DNA of 52,568 nucleotides from Octopus bimaculoides (taxonomy: Eukaryota). A program made the position numbers and the translations under genes. Numbering within the stretch: the stretch's first letter is position 1; every line of letters begins with the position of its first letter. The stretch spans positions 50,126,777 through 50,179,344 of the forward strand of contig NC_068989.1 of NCBI RefSeq assembly GCF_001194135.2, read 5' to 3'. The notes beneath the pieces are model-generated. The model saw only the letters and a list, made by a program, of their open reading frames with translations, was not told the origin of the DNA and did no database searches. Positions 22,981 through 35,439 of this stretch are shown here, in pieces.

Positions 22981-25539
22981 TAACTGTTTTTGCCTTCAGA
23001 TTTCACTACCTCGGAGTTCCTCTGTGTCAAGTTAAATACGAGAGGAGAATGACAAATGGTTAGGGATAGGATTAGCGGTTAATGTTGTGATTGAAATAAA
23101 ACTGTGGAGGTGTGGTTAGTGGTATGTATCAGTATGAGGGAAGGTAAAAGAAATATCTTAACAATGAGATGATCAGTGGCAGCATAAGAAGATTAGAAAG
23201 TAGCAGTACAATAAATTTCTAGATATTAGAAAATATGGAGGTTAATGTGGTGTGGTAGGGTGGAAAGAAAGGGAGAGATAGGGAGAGAGAGAGATGTAGA
23301 AAGAGAAGGCGGCCATAAAGACACAGTGATGACTTCAATGGGTTGGGGGAGACTGGCAGATGGTCCTTGGTGGCAGATACCAAATGGTGTTACGACTGAC
23401 AGCACCTTCCCATATCTGCTGCCCACGCCCCTACATATCTGTGTCAACGTGTGTCTGACAGAGTATGTTGTGCTTGATAACAGTTGTTGGCTTCTATTCA
23501 TCAATGCTATGTTGAAGGAGGGAAATTTCATTAAATCAGTTTACGATTTATTGAAATACTGCCTACATTTCTGTTAAAGTGTGAAATGCTTTTGGACTTG
23601 TATTGTGAACGATTTTATTGCACGTTAGAGATTTATATGTGCGTTCTTCACAAAACAGCATAAAACTTATTTTCTATGATAATCATCTACGGATTGTGAA
23701 ACAGATTTACATCTATAAGGATTCTTCAATATATCTACATTTGGATTGCCTTCTACGTTGTATATAATTCTGATATTTCTGATATCTTGGATATTTTTGT
23801 ATTGGATACGTTAGATAATTACTGCCTGATTCTGAAAAGGTACATACATACATACATACATACATATACACAAGCATATGCATACATACGTATATTCATA
23901 CACACACACATATGTAAATATGTATGTATTTTTATATAAACATATATATACACCATAAAATAATAAGGATTTAAAATACGCTGGTACCGTATAAGCACTC
24001 TCACACAATCCAGAGCTGGCTAGCCATATCAAATGATTGTCATATCAAATGACATTCAGAGTAGTTTAAGATAAAAAATTAAACTGTGCTTAATACGATA
24101 GGTAAATCCTGAGTTTCCTGAATTTGCTTCATTGGATTTCAAGTAGACTACATAATTTAGATATAATTTAGGCATGCTTCAGCCGAAGACTGGCCTAGAT
24201 CATATCTAACTTAATAGCACAGCTTTATAGGATCTGTAAAGTCATTTTCAAGTCAGGTTTTGTGGTATCATTGATCATTAAAGTAGGGAGTTGTTTTTCA
24301 CTGAAATGTATCCTGGTATAAGTGGCTCATTTTGTATCGCCTAAAGAAATTTGTCCAGGATTCGTTTCAAAGTGATGAGATCTTTATGTTCTTCGATCTG
24401 TTTTTTTTGGGGATAATTATAAACAGAGTAGGTTCTGTTGTGGAAAAGAAATTGTGTTTCAATGAAGTAATGTGTTGTGAGCCTGTATTGTGTAGTTGGG
24501 GTATGACATGTGGCCCAGTCATGGATGAATTCCTTAATCTGATGACAATTTCGTTTGGGCAATGCTGGTGATATATACTCCGCATTGAGCAAATGATGGA
24601 GCGCATAAGGCTACGATGGAGAGAATAAATTTTCAATATTTTAAGGTATTTTAATATTTCAGATCAGCAACGCCTTTTATTTTTCTTTTAGCAATGGCTC
24701 TCTAAGCTGACTCAACTCTCGTAATGTTTTGTTTGTAGTGGCGAGGCAGCATTCTATGGTTTAGCAGTATTTTAGGTGTGGCTGTGAGTATACAATAAAA
24801 ACATTATAATGAAGATTGCAGAATTATACAGCTTCAAAGTGTATTTATTAACGAAGTATCTTTATATTCCATTCCATTCCATTACTTGTTTCAGCTCAGT
24901 AAGTATCCTAATGTACTTTGATATAATAGGTATGTGCATTTCCTTTATTCGAAGTGTTATCGATACAAGTGGATTAAAGTGAACTGAGGATTCAAGATTT
25001 AGATATACGTTATTAAAGTATACTTTTGGTGAGGGAACATAAAATAAGGACATAGGAGTTTCTGGCATCATTTAAACCGAGAATGGCCTTTTTAGACATT
25101 ATGGGAACAGATCAGTTTATTACACTTAGTTGCAGAAGTTACCATAAGAGGTTCCGTATATCATTGCACAACTGACTGCTTATATTAAAGATAATATAAT
25201 ATTGTATAAGGTAAACTGATAGATATAAAAGAAAACGAAACAAATAGGAAATTAATATTGTTTCACTCGCGTAATTTAACTTGTCCATGGCAATAGAATT
25301 TGATATATTTTGTAATATTAGATGTCCAATATTAGTTCAATTGAATAAAGGAAAATAAAGCTCCAAAATTATTTTTCCTTTAGCAGAAAAAGAAAACAAT
25401 AGTATTGTGGGGTTATCTAATCTGTTACAGTAGTAAACTAGTGTGAATTAGTCAAAATTTATATTTAGTGTGTGAGTATTTATTTAATTATGTTAACTTA
25501 TGTGTCATTCTATCTAAGTGATTTCAAATTAAAATTACT

Positions 25540-25830
25540 TATTTGGGAAATATTTAAAAAACCTTTTTTGTATGAATGTACAAATTTTAATTTTAATTTG
25601 TTTCTAGCGTTTAATAACTTACCTTTCAATTTAATGATGTGGGATATTTCTTCCAAAGAAGATCACATTTCCGACTCACATAAGTATATGGTGACGCACT
25701 ACCGACAATCGACCATCTAATGTCATATTTGGTGTCCCTATCTTTTAAAGACCAAATGAATCCACTCAAACTTGTACAGTTGACTTTTTCAATCCTCTTT
25801 TAAAGTTTGTAGACCATGAACTAATATAAT
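25540..25830 (-). mobile_element. Penelope-like (Neptune/Nematis-type) GIY-YIG C-terminal fragment
   Basis: Minus strand reads TSLSGFIWSLKDRDTKYDIRWSIVGSASPYTYVSRKCDL, matching the TxLSxYIWxLK..Y.I.WSI..A.PY....KCxLC motif. Confidence 0.75.
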
Positions 25831-26101
25831 AACTAGAAATACCTTCAGCTGTTACTCTACGATTATATACTGTATAAGTTTTGAGACATATTCCTGCAAG
25901 AGGACACACGGTTTTGTTTTTACAGCTACAATTACGTTTATTATCAAATTTATGCCTGTTACGTGCAAATATATTACATATTTCTGTCTAGAGTATTAGG
26001 TATTACTCTATGGATATTGGTTTCGTAATAGTTAAATTAAGTGTTGTATTGGATTACCTGCTCAGTTCTTATTGCATTATATTCTGGTTTTTCATTTTGT
26101 G

Positions 26102-26169
26102 TTATCCCTTCTGTATGTAATCTACTTTAAGAGAGAGATGGAGAGAATGGTAGTACGTGTGTGTGTGTA

Positions 26170-26202
<33 letters not shown>

Positions 26203-26340
26203 AAACAGTGAGCGGTGAAGAGAGAGTGAGACAGGCTGAAAAGCAGGGAATGACAGAAAGAAAGGGAGAACGGAAAGCTCGTGTGAGTGTGTGCATGAAT
26301 GAATGAATGATAGTGTGTGTGTGTGTGTGTGTGTTGCGTT
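26102..26340. repeat. (TG)n/(GA)n microsatellite-rich block
   Basis: Direct read. Confidence 0.85.
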
Positions 26341-26543
26341 TTCAGTAATGTAGAGGGTAACAAAATTTATAATACTGATTTGAAGACAATGTATTTCAGT
26401 TAGGGAGACTCACTGAAGCTGTTGGAAATAGAAACTAAATCTCCCTCAAATCACGAGTCACCGTTATAGTATAATGCGGTTCTGTACATAGGAAAACGCA
26501 GGCTGGTCGCGGCTGGAATATCTTTCATCATCGATCAATATCA

Positions 26544-26590
26544 TCTTTGATCATTAGATTGTCTTTGATCATTAGAATATCTTTGATCAT
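26544..26590. repeat. 18-bp tandem repeat TCTTTGATCATTAGAWTR, about 2.6 copies
   Basis: Units start at 26544, 26562 and 26580. Confidence 0.85.
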
Positions 26591-26851
26591 AAATCTATTC
26601 AAAGAGGCCTGACCTGGGACCAAACTACATCAACCACACGAAGAACAAAAACGATTAAAGTAATATTTCAATTGTCGTGGGAGCCCCAAAGCCAAGCAGG
26701 GATTTAGGATCTTCTGTACTATGGTAGCTCATAGCAGGATGATACAGATCGGTGATAGAATAAATCTCATTAAACTACTGGTGTATAAACAGTGTTTCAT
26801 TTCGATGCAATACTGTACTATAGAAAATGATTATAAACTGTTTAACCAACA

Positions 26852-27019
26852 CAGTGTGTAGTGACGATTATAAACAATTTGGCTGTACAATATGTCGGCG
26901 TGTATATAAAGGTGGAACAGCTGCATATTCAAAATATCACGCATCTGTTTCTTGGATTCTGTTTGCACACATATTGTGTTGTGTACATACGAATTGTCTA
27001 CAATCGTCGCATCACACTG
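26852..27019. repeat. Imperfect inverted repeat (foldback hairpin), ~38-bp outer arms
   Basis: 26852-26889 pairs with 26982-27019 with 6 mismatches and 2 G-T pairs; CAATATGT/ACATATTG extends the stem inward. Confidence 0.85.
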
Positions 27020-27049
27020 CATTGTCTAAAAAACAAAAAGGGAATGCCT

Positions 27050-27540
27050 ACGAATATGGCTTGTAGCAATCCATCTTATTTCATCGACTCCAGAAGGATT
27101 GAAGATAAATATGGAGTCGACAGTATTTAAACTGAAAACAAAAGCGCCGGAACGCAGGCATAATATAACAAGCATAGATGGAGGTTAGTCGATTTTATTG
27201 ACACCAACTTGCGAAAAGTTGACATTGGTGATATTCGATCTCAGAACGTAAAGAACCTGAACAAATATGGTAAAACAGTTTGTTCGACACCCTAAAGACT
27301 TTGACATCAATAGCCATGTTCAAAACAGTATTATTTTTTTTTCTATATATAAACTAGAAAACCCCTTAAATTTAACCGAATGGAGTGTCTATATCAGCCT
27401 CAGTCCTCGACATGTACATTATTTTTTTCGGCCTCAGATGTTAATAAATTCCAAGTGGACTTGAACTCAGAACAAAGAAAACGTAACTAAATACTGCACC
27501 ACGAAGAATTTTGTTCGCCACTAGTTCTTACCAGTTCATA
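27050..27540 (-). mobile_element. Cluster of about 3 decayed SINE family A copies
   Basis: Repeated TTATCGAC/AGTCGATT, GAACTCAGAAC and ATCTCAGAACGTAAAG fragments. Confidence 0.55.
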
Positions 27541-28174
27541 GCTATTAGTATTATAACATTATTATTGACAGATTGTGAAATCTGAACATATAAAAAAATC
27601 TACCGACAAAATATTGAAGAAGAATAGGCACAAGAAATTATTAGTAAATAAGCAAGGGAAATAATCATTACACTACTTTGATGTCACCGAAGATGGAAAA
27701 TAATTAGGCAGAGAAGTCTATAGCTTCTAGATTTCGTCATGATGCAAGTCTCAAGTGAATCATAAAAGTTTACCTAGTGACCAAGTTCAAACGGGTAGGT
27801 GAATTATCGAATATAATTACTAGATATGTATAATGATGTTCTATGTTCTAAGTCAGTAAGAATGGAAAGAGTAAAAGTAGAGCATAAGGTTTGTTAGTAT
27901 GATGTGAGACGAGATATCCAGCGCTTGGAGAAATGTTTTTCTTAGGAGAGTGAGAAAATATGACAAAACTGCTGCGATTATAGTAATTTTAGACGTTATA
28001 TCAGAAGATAAAAATAAAATGATATAGAAAGGAAGAAGTATGAAGATGTGAGGAAACACAGGAATATAAAAAGATATTGATACGTATTTAAAGTTAAATA
28101 TTGTAATTATGAGGATCTTACAAAACAAAGCAATGAGAATGGACCCGCAAACTGTCAGTTTGAAATGCATTTTT

Positions 28175-28250
28175 TTTTCTTGTTTCAGTCATTTGACTAC
28201 AGCCATGCTGGGGCACTGCTTGAAGAATTTTTAGTCGAATGTATCGATGT
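28175..28250 (-). mobile_element. SINE family B 3' fragment
   Basis: TTGTTTCAGTCATTTGACTACAGCCATGCTGG..TTAGTCGAA is the reverse complement of the family B tail. Confidence 0.75.
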
Positions 28251-28660
28251 ATCGGTGGAGATTCTGAGGGGCAACAAAACTACGATGCAATCATTCACAG
28301 GCTGGGACATGCGCGTGCTACTCGGTTCCGAGGAGATCTGTGTGACTTTCCGGCAACACTTTTGGGAATTGTTGTTTTTCTATTGTAGAGGAAGCTTCGG
28401 TCGACGTTTGCATTGGATTTCAGTTCGTACCTGGACACTCCGCTGCAGCTCTCAGCAAGTTAGCGCGAGGTTCTACGAAAATCCGATAACGGGCGTCGAA
28501 ATACAGGAGGCTATGAGCGGTTACACAAGTAGCAAATGGACCGGTTTCGAACTTCTGCCCTATGAATTCTACGAGTTCATGTCAGATATTTTTGATGGTC
28601 TGTTGGCATACATCTACCATACATGGCAGTAGAACAGGTTAATTCCTACTCCTGCTCGCC
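28250..28660 (+). mobile_element. Tx1/L1-clade LINE fragment at the start of the reverse transcriptase
   Basis: VLLGSEEICVTFRQHF, PITGVEIQEAM..SSKWTGFELLPYEFYEFMSDIFDGLLAYIYHTWQ, matching the I...EI..A....K.PG.DGLP.EFY RT domain 0 motif. Confidence 0.85.
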
Positions 28661-28679
28661 TCGTTGGTGATTATAAATG

Positions 28680-28930
28680 CCCTGATGCAGTGCCATGTAG
28701 TGGCTCCCATGGCTTTTAATCTTAACTGATTGGAAGTGTTATCATGTACATTGTTTTATCTTGGTATAAAAGATGGGCTAGAGCAAATATTCTGTTTAAT
28801 ACTACTGAATTGCTTGTCAGCTGCTTGACCTTGACCGGTTGTGCATGACATTTATTGGCTGATGACATGTGTATCACTCATCATGAGCAGAAGTAGTGGG
28901 GGAGTATCATAATCATGTGTTGAGAGGAAT
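28680..28930 (+). mobile_element. Interspersed repeat (probable LINE/SINE 3' tail)
   Basis: Recognised from memory as a common octopus repeat; no second copy in this window. Confidence 0.35.
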
Positions 28931-28934
28931 TATA

Positions 28935-29392
28935 TTACATCAATCGAAAATGATCATGGTCCAAGCATAATGAGCCAGCATAAACCACATCGAAACTTGA
29001 ATTGCATCAAAAAAAGGTCATGCTGTCAACTTGGTGAGATTAAAAAGGTGTTGTGTATTTTCAGCTACTTCCAATGAACGAAAACATCAATTCAGATGTT
29101 TACTATCAACGACTAATGAAAATCGCAGAAGCAATAAAAGAAAAACGGGCAGAATTGGCAAATCATTTCGAAGTTTGCAAAATTCTTTGAATGATAAAAC
29201 TTTCAATAATGATGACCTGAAATCGTATTTGCTTCAGGTTTTGGCTGATAAGGACCAGACGTTCTATGAGATTGGAATCATGAAGTTGTCAGAAAGTTCA
29301 TCGAACAAAATGGAAAATATATAATAGATTAAACTTTATTCTTTATATGAAAAAAACGACGTTTATTTCACACTAAAATACCGAAATTATAT

Positions 29393-29400
<8 letters not shown>
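28935..29400 (+). mobile_element. Internally deleted mariner remnant (mellifera-like)
   Basis: SWSKHNEPA*TTSK..LHQKKVMLS, VVYFQLLPMNENINSDVYYQRLMKIAEAIKEKRAELAN joined to FRSLQNSLNDKTF..FYEIGIMKL. Confidence 0.88.
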
Positions 29401-29429
<29 letters not shown>

Positions 29430-29433
<4 letters not shown>

Positions 29434-29680
29434 CGACCAGACTAACATATGTTATACGTCGCGGGTCACAATGCGCTTTACATCATTTTAACTTGTGAAT
29501 TATGCCACCCTGCACTGGCTAGGCAAGCTAGTCTGTTGCAGGTTGGTTACCCATTTACAGTTGAGTGGACTGGAGCAAATGGAAGTGTTTTGCTGAAGAA
29601 AACAACATACAGCGGGTCTGGGAGTCGGAACCACGACCCGAAGATAACGAAAGCGCCCGTCCAATCACTACGCCACGCAC
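29430..29680 (-). mobile_element. tRNA-derived SINE, well preserved
   Basis: Minus strand: GCGTGGCGTAGTGATTGG (A-box), GGTTCCGACTCCC (B-box), then AGCAAAACACTT..TTGCTCCAGTCCACTCAACTGTAAATGGGTA. Confidence 0.8.
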
Positions 29681-30659
29681 ATTGACACACACACAACACG
29701 TGTGTGTATGTTTATATGTGTATGCATGTAAGTATGTGTGTGTATGTATATATGTATGTATTCATGTGTGTGTATGTGTGTAAGCACACTCACAATCACA
29801 CACAATACAAAAATCTGAAACTATTAGTCATCACGTGCACATATGCGAACTTTATTTACTGATTTCTGCTGAAACAAACTTATATCAAAACTAATTTCCT
29901 CAGACTGCAACGCAAAGATATTGAACTCTTCCAAATATAATAACTGCCTTCCCTATCTCTATTTCGTAAAAGATGTTTACAACAAGAACATCGACACAAT
30001 CGACGACCACAGTCGGAAGCAATAGTAAAATCAGCTGAAACATAAATAGTTATTAATAACATAAACCTTCATCTAAAATATTTCATGCAAACGAGTAGCT
30101 TTTGTTGATCCAATCAACCCTTAAAAATGAACGAATGATAATAGTCGGAAAAGCAAATAAATGTATAAAACTGTATAAAATGAAAATAAACAATAAAATG
30201 ATATAAAAGATGAAAGAAGATAAAACCCTTTAACAGAACTAAATAAAATACATATCGTATCAGATGAAATATTTTATCAAGTCTCTACAAAGAATTCAAT
30301 CTGAGAAAGACAATTTTCAATTTTTTCATACATTCTAGAATTATGCTTTTAAACCAATGGAGCAAAAAGTTTAGTATTTGAAGTGTTTTTAATCTTTGGA
30401 ATGTTTAAAGATAAGATCTCGGAAAAAATATTTTTATTGAATGTTTCGCGCAGCTTAAGAAGAGAAAAATAGCCGCAAAGCTATGAAATCTTTACATTGA
30501 CTGGTGTGATAGCATGATTAAATCATCTTGTAATCAATCAAATGTCCGTTGTTTAACCTTTAAAAAGAAACACGTATAAGTTAGCAAGTTTTGTAAAGTT
30601 TACTTTGATTTTCGGTAGAACTATAACTATTTCACATTAGTAGAAGAAAATTAGACACT

Positions 30660-30930
30660 GCATGGCCAACGACGCAGCATGTTCAATTTGTAAACATGAG
30701 GTCCTGCGTTCGATCCCACAAAATGGCTTCTTGGATAAGTATAATTTTTCTCTAGCTTGTATCAGTTGTACACTTGTGAGGGAAGTTGACATGACGGAAA
30801 TTGTGTGGAAGACTCTAGGAATGATGCCATATAAAATTCGAAGTTACAACTGTGTTATAATGTGTCATGCTTCTTCCACATGAGAATAACGTTACGTGTA
30901 CATCTATCGGTTGAACACTCGACCGTTTTC
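30660..30930 (+). mobile_element. Degenerate tRNA-derived SINE
   Basis: GCATGGCCAA head and GCGTTCGATCCC B-box. Confidence 0.5.
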
Positions 30931-31143
30931 CTACTATTTTTAATGAGACTGGTAGTTGTGATTGAGACCTTTCCAAAATCAGTAGAGCACATTAGAAAAT
31001 GTCTTGCATAATTTCTCCGTTTAGATCACGTTTTATTTTGAAATGGATCGACAAAATAAGCCACAACCACCGCCAAGTGTTGAGGTAAAAAGAAACGCTT
31101 TAAAGACAAAAATGTATGGTGTTACACTGATGCAACAATTAAA

Positions 31144-31989
31144 GGATTTTTTCCTTTTGATCGGCAGGTCGATAAATTATATTTTTTTTTTAACTACACA
31201 CTTTCAAACTTTGGATACTGATAGAATATCTCATATAGAACATCTTTTACTCTTAGCGTTGTTGAGAAAAGTATGTAGTTTCGAAGTTATTTCGTGTTAA
31301 AGTTGTCGTATTTGGGTAATTTCAACTAATCAATGACATCTATTGAGCTGAATAAAGTTACTGCTGTTGTTTGTCAGCAACAAGTTCCGGCGGTGTATAT
31401 TTCATTCGTCACTGTTATTTATGACATATTTCATCTCAGTTACGTTCGTATGAATAAACGCGTGTACCTGAAGCACATTTACTTCATGAAACCATTATAA
31501 TCATTCATGCATTTCTACTGCTTTTAGGTTTTTTTCCTGTTTTTCAGCTATTCTCAGAAAAACCTCCTCCCGTCCCCACCCCCATTTTGTCGCAAATTAT
31601 AATTTTTTTTTTTTCACAAAAATCCAGCTTTTCGGATACGAAGATTCCTAGAAATTTTTTGCACCCCCCACTCCTTACCTCTCGCCCCTCCAATTTTTTT
31701 ACCCTAATCCTAAAACCCTAAGCTAAAGCCAGTACAAGCGCACGAACGATGTCATAAATAACAGTGACAAACGAAATATACACCGCCAAACAACAGCAGT
31801 AATTGATTGGTTGAAATTACCGAAATACGACAACTTTAACACGAAATAACTTCGTAAATAGAAACTTTTCTCAACAACGCTAAGAGTAAAATATGTTTTC
31901 TATGACACATTCTAACAGTATACGAAGTTTCAAAGTGTATAGTTAAAGAAAATTAATTAACCGAGCTGCCCATGAAAAGGAAAAGATCC
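31144..31989. mobile_element. Non-autonomous long-TIR (MITE/foldback-type) element, ~846 bp
   Basis: 31144-~31426 is the reverse complement of ~31748-31989 apart from two indels; no ORF inside; a third arm lies at 6148. Confidence 0.88.
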
Positions 31990-32062
31990 CAGTAAAATTA
32001 TTAAGTCAATTGAATTTCGATGTATCGGTAGAAACTGTTGAACAACAACTAAATGCTTTTAA

Positions 32063-33790
32063 GATGGCTAGCTGACATAATTGTTAGCACGGACAAAATG
32101 CTTAGCGGAATTTCGTCCCGCTTTAGGTTCGGGATCGATAAAATAAGTATCAGTTGTGTACTGGAGTCGATGTAATCAACTTCCACCGTCTCTCGCAATT
32201 GCTGGCCCTGTGCCAAAATTTGAAACCATTACCATTATTACTATGATGTTTTCAATAACTTCATGCACTTCCGTGTTCCTGAGTTACATGCAGCACTGTG
32301 GTTTAAAAATGAAGAACTGAGTATGTAAACATCTGTGTGACATACATCCGTGTGATCATTAAATCCATCTGTGACCATTAATTCAGTTATGGTTAAGTAT
32401 TGAGATCGATTTAATCGACTGTTCTTCGAATAAGTATGTCATGCTTTGTACTTGTGTTATCATACATTTATTATTCGTCGAGACCCACATTGCCTTACAG
32501 CCTTCGGAGTCAATAAAATAAACACCAGTTGAGTATTCAGTGACAATGTAAACAGCAAATAATCTCCTCCTAAAATTGCTGGTCTTGTGCCAAAACTTTA
32601 AACCGTTATTGTTAAAGAAGTTTGGCAGAATCGTTAGTGCATCCGAAAAAAAGACAGTAGCATTTGTTTCGGCTTTTTTATATTTCTTGTTCAAATGCTG
32701 CTGAAGCCAGCTTTTATTTGAAGCCTTCAAAGTTTGATAAAATAAAGTGCTAGTCACATACAGTCGTTATGTATCGACTTACCCTTCAACCATAAAAAAA
32801 AACCTTGTGCCTAAATCAGAAACCATCATTAAGGTAGTATTTCAGTGTTGTGTATTGGCAAGAATCGTTTGGAGGTCGGAAAAATATCTTGGGGTATTTG
32901 TTCCAGCCACTTTGATTCTGAGTTCAAATACCACTAACATCATCGTTGCCTTTCATCCTTTCAGCGTCAAAATAAAGTACCCTTGATGTCCTGGTCGGTA
33001 GTATCGGCTAATCACTCCGCATAAAATTGTCGGTTGTACTTAAAGCAGAAACCATTGTTATGGCAGTTTTATTATTACAACTTTTTATATTCTGAATTCA
33101 AATCCTTCTGAGGTCAACTTTCGGGATATCTACAATAAGTGCCAGTCAATTTGTGAGGTCGGTGGTAGCAAATACACCCTCCCCACAAAATTACTGGTCT
33201 TGTGTCTAAACCGTTATTAAGACTGTATTTTCTTACTGTCCTTTAAATTTTCAGCTCAAATCCATCCTGCTTTGGTCAGCGTTTGTATTTGATCATCTCC
33301 CAGTTGAATAAATAAAGTACCAGTCAAGTTGTGAGCTTGATGTAATTGAATGTGCAGCTCAAAGGCCAAATTTGTGGATTGTACCAACGTTTTAAATAAT
33401 ATTTATTATTACTGAGGCACGGTGGAAGGTGACCAGTTGGTAGGATCGTTAGCAAAGCGAACAAAATGCATAGTGGCTTTTCGTCCGTTTTCATTTCTGA
33501 GCTTAAATTCCGCCTTGGTCGACTTTACCTTCATCCTTTCGGGGTTAATAAAATAAGAACCAGTGAAGTATTGGGTTCGATGTAATCGACTTCCTCTTCT
33601 GCTAAAACAAAAAAAAAGTTGACTCTGTGCCAAAAACATTAACACACAATAGGATGTAGGACAAAGTGATTTTTACTTTTTGACAATGCCTTTTACGTCT
33701 TGTGCTTAAATCGTGTCAAGATCAATTCTAAATTTTGTTCTTTCTGGTTCAACAAAATAAGCAGTAGTCAGATACTGCATTTTTATTAAC
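32063..33790 (+). mobile_element. Head-to-tail array of about 8 diverged SINE family A copies
   Basis: The GATAAAATAAGTA-like core recurs near 32140, 32515, 32740, 32975, 33135, 33310, 33550 and 33755; tails TGTG(C/T)C..AAACC(A/G)TT are followed directly by new heads. Confidence 0.82.
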
Positions 33791-34404
33791 TCTTTATTCA
33801 CCTCGTATAAATCTTTCTGCAATATCTGCATAACCTGTTTTTTTCTCATTATCGTTGAGGTACATATATAATATCACTCTCTAATTCCCTAATACAGTTG
33901 TTTGGGTGTCTATTTGAATCATTTGTCGGTGTATTTACTCAGCAATTAAATTTTCAATTTTGATTGTTTATACGGTTCTGATAATTTGCTTGGAAAGATG
34001 TTGACTTTCATCTATAATCAAGGTCCTTCGTTTTTAGCTATAAGTTTATTGCACGTCTAAGCTCAGGATAAGTTATATCTTTATCTGCTTCAACTATTCA
34101 ACGTATCATCAAATAGTTTTTGCGCGTAGATTTCTTTGCCAATGTCTTACAGGTCTTTTTTACCTCTCACATTTAGTTTAAGTTTCAAAGATCTACTAAA
34201 TTACGTTCTTATTTTATGTTCATTCTTACAGCAAATACATTCTCCAACCTTTGTTTTATATTTCTTGATTTTCCTATATTGCTGCAATTCATCTTCATTT
34301 GCCCGTTTTATTTTTCATTCAATATTTGTATACCTTACAAGTCAATATATTATATTTTCTAATGTTTTCGTGGTAAATACAATGAGCTGCCTTTATACTT
34401 AGTG

Positions 34405-34560
34405 TAAGCCGTCCAGTTGGCAAAGTCGTTAGAGCGTCGGATAGATTATTTTACGAAAATCGTTCCGAAAAGTGCTCCGATTTCAAAAATCGCTGAAGTC
34501 AACTTTGCCTTTCATCTTTTCGGAATCCATAAAATAAATTATCAGTCTAAAAAAGAGGTC
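34405..34560 (+). mobile_element. SINE family A copy
   Basis: TTGGCAAAGTCGTTAG head; GTCAACTTTGCCTTTCATCTTTTCGG core. Confidence 0.72.
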
Positions 34561-34764
34561 TATTCTTTTCTTTCAATCATTTTTTCCTTTTCTCTGTGTC
34601 TTTGAGTTCTGGAAGAAATAATCTTTGGTCAGGCCTAGATGCATGGGCTCCTGATGGTAAAACATAGACAAGATAGGTCGCATGATTACAATACTCTCCC
34701 TACGATTCCATCAGAAGTTGAGGCAAAGCAATGCGTAGAGTATTCTAAACACGTCGATGCAGTA

Positions 34765-35060
34765 TGACCGAAGGGTTAAGAAGTTTACTTTGCAATTACG
34801 AGGTCCCCGGTTCGATCTCATATTGCGGAATCTTGGGGAAGGGTCGTATTCTTTTTTGTAAGTGAATTTGGTATGACAGAAACATTATAGACTCCTGTCA
34901 TAGATTCTACGTATAATGTAAAAATAAAACCTCGCCATACATTATGTCATTGTTTTTCTGCTGGAGATTTACGTCAGTAGTACACGTGTCTGCGGAATAC
35001 CTGGCCGCTTACACGCTAGGCCATTGACCAGCATTGATCGAATAATTGAATAATGATTGT
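34765..35060 (+). mobile_element. Decayed SINE related to family C
   Basis: GGTTCGATCTC B-box; TACACGTGTCTGCGGAATAC..GCCGCTTACACG resembles the 16090-16120 body. Confidence 0.5.
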
Positions 35061-35439
35061 CAATCGGACAACCAACCAGCCAAGCAACCAAAAACACCAA
35101 CCGACCGACCATTCATATCCATCCATGCATCCATCTCTTTATGAATACAGTCAATATTTGACTTGATTTTTATATCGAGACTCACCTTACTATTGAAAAT
35201 TATATAAGTGTAACTCATTATCAGAACTGCTAGTGTATCAATATATGTTTTGCTGTTTACGTCCTTTATAAGTATTAAATACCTTGGTATTTATGTTTTG
35301 AGTAGTAATCTTAAACAACTATAATGTTCCTTCCAAAAATTTGTTTTTTCATTTGCTCGTTTTGTATTCTGTTTATCTCCAAATTTCTAAATAACTGTAA
35401 TATAATTTTGGACTAATCTGTATAAATTTTCGTTTAGGA

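Noticed and set aside
24332-24640. Four overlapping ORFs as a Penelope RT or GIY-YIG piece
   Set aside because: No diagnostic motif could be read in any frame.
26960-27026. CDDCRQFVCTQH zinc-finger/piggyBac cysteine-rich-like peptide on the minus strand
   Set aside because: It is flanked by stops, and a similar pattern appears on the other strand because the region is an inverted repeat.
8047-33790. Regularly spaced repeats as a CRISPR-like array
   Set aside because: The units are ~200-bp Pol III SINEs in eukaryotic DNA, with no short repeat-spacer pattern and no cas genes.
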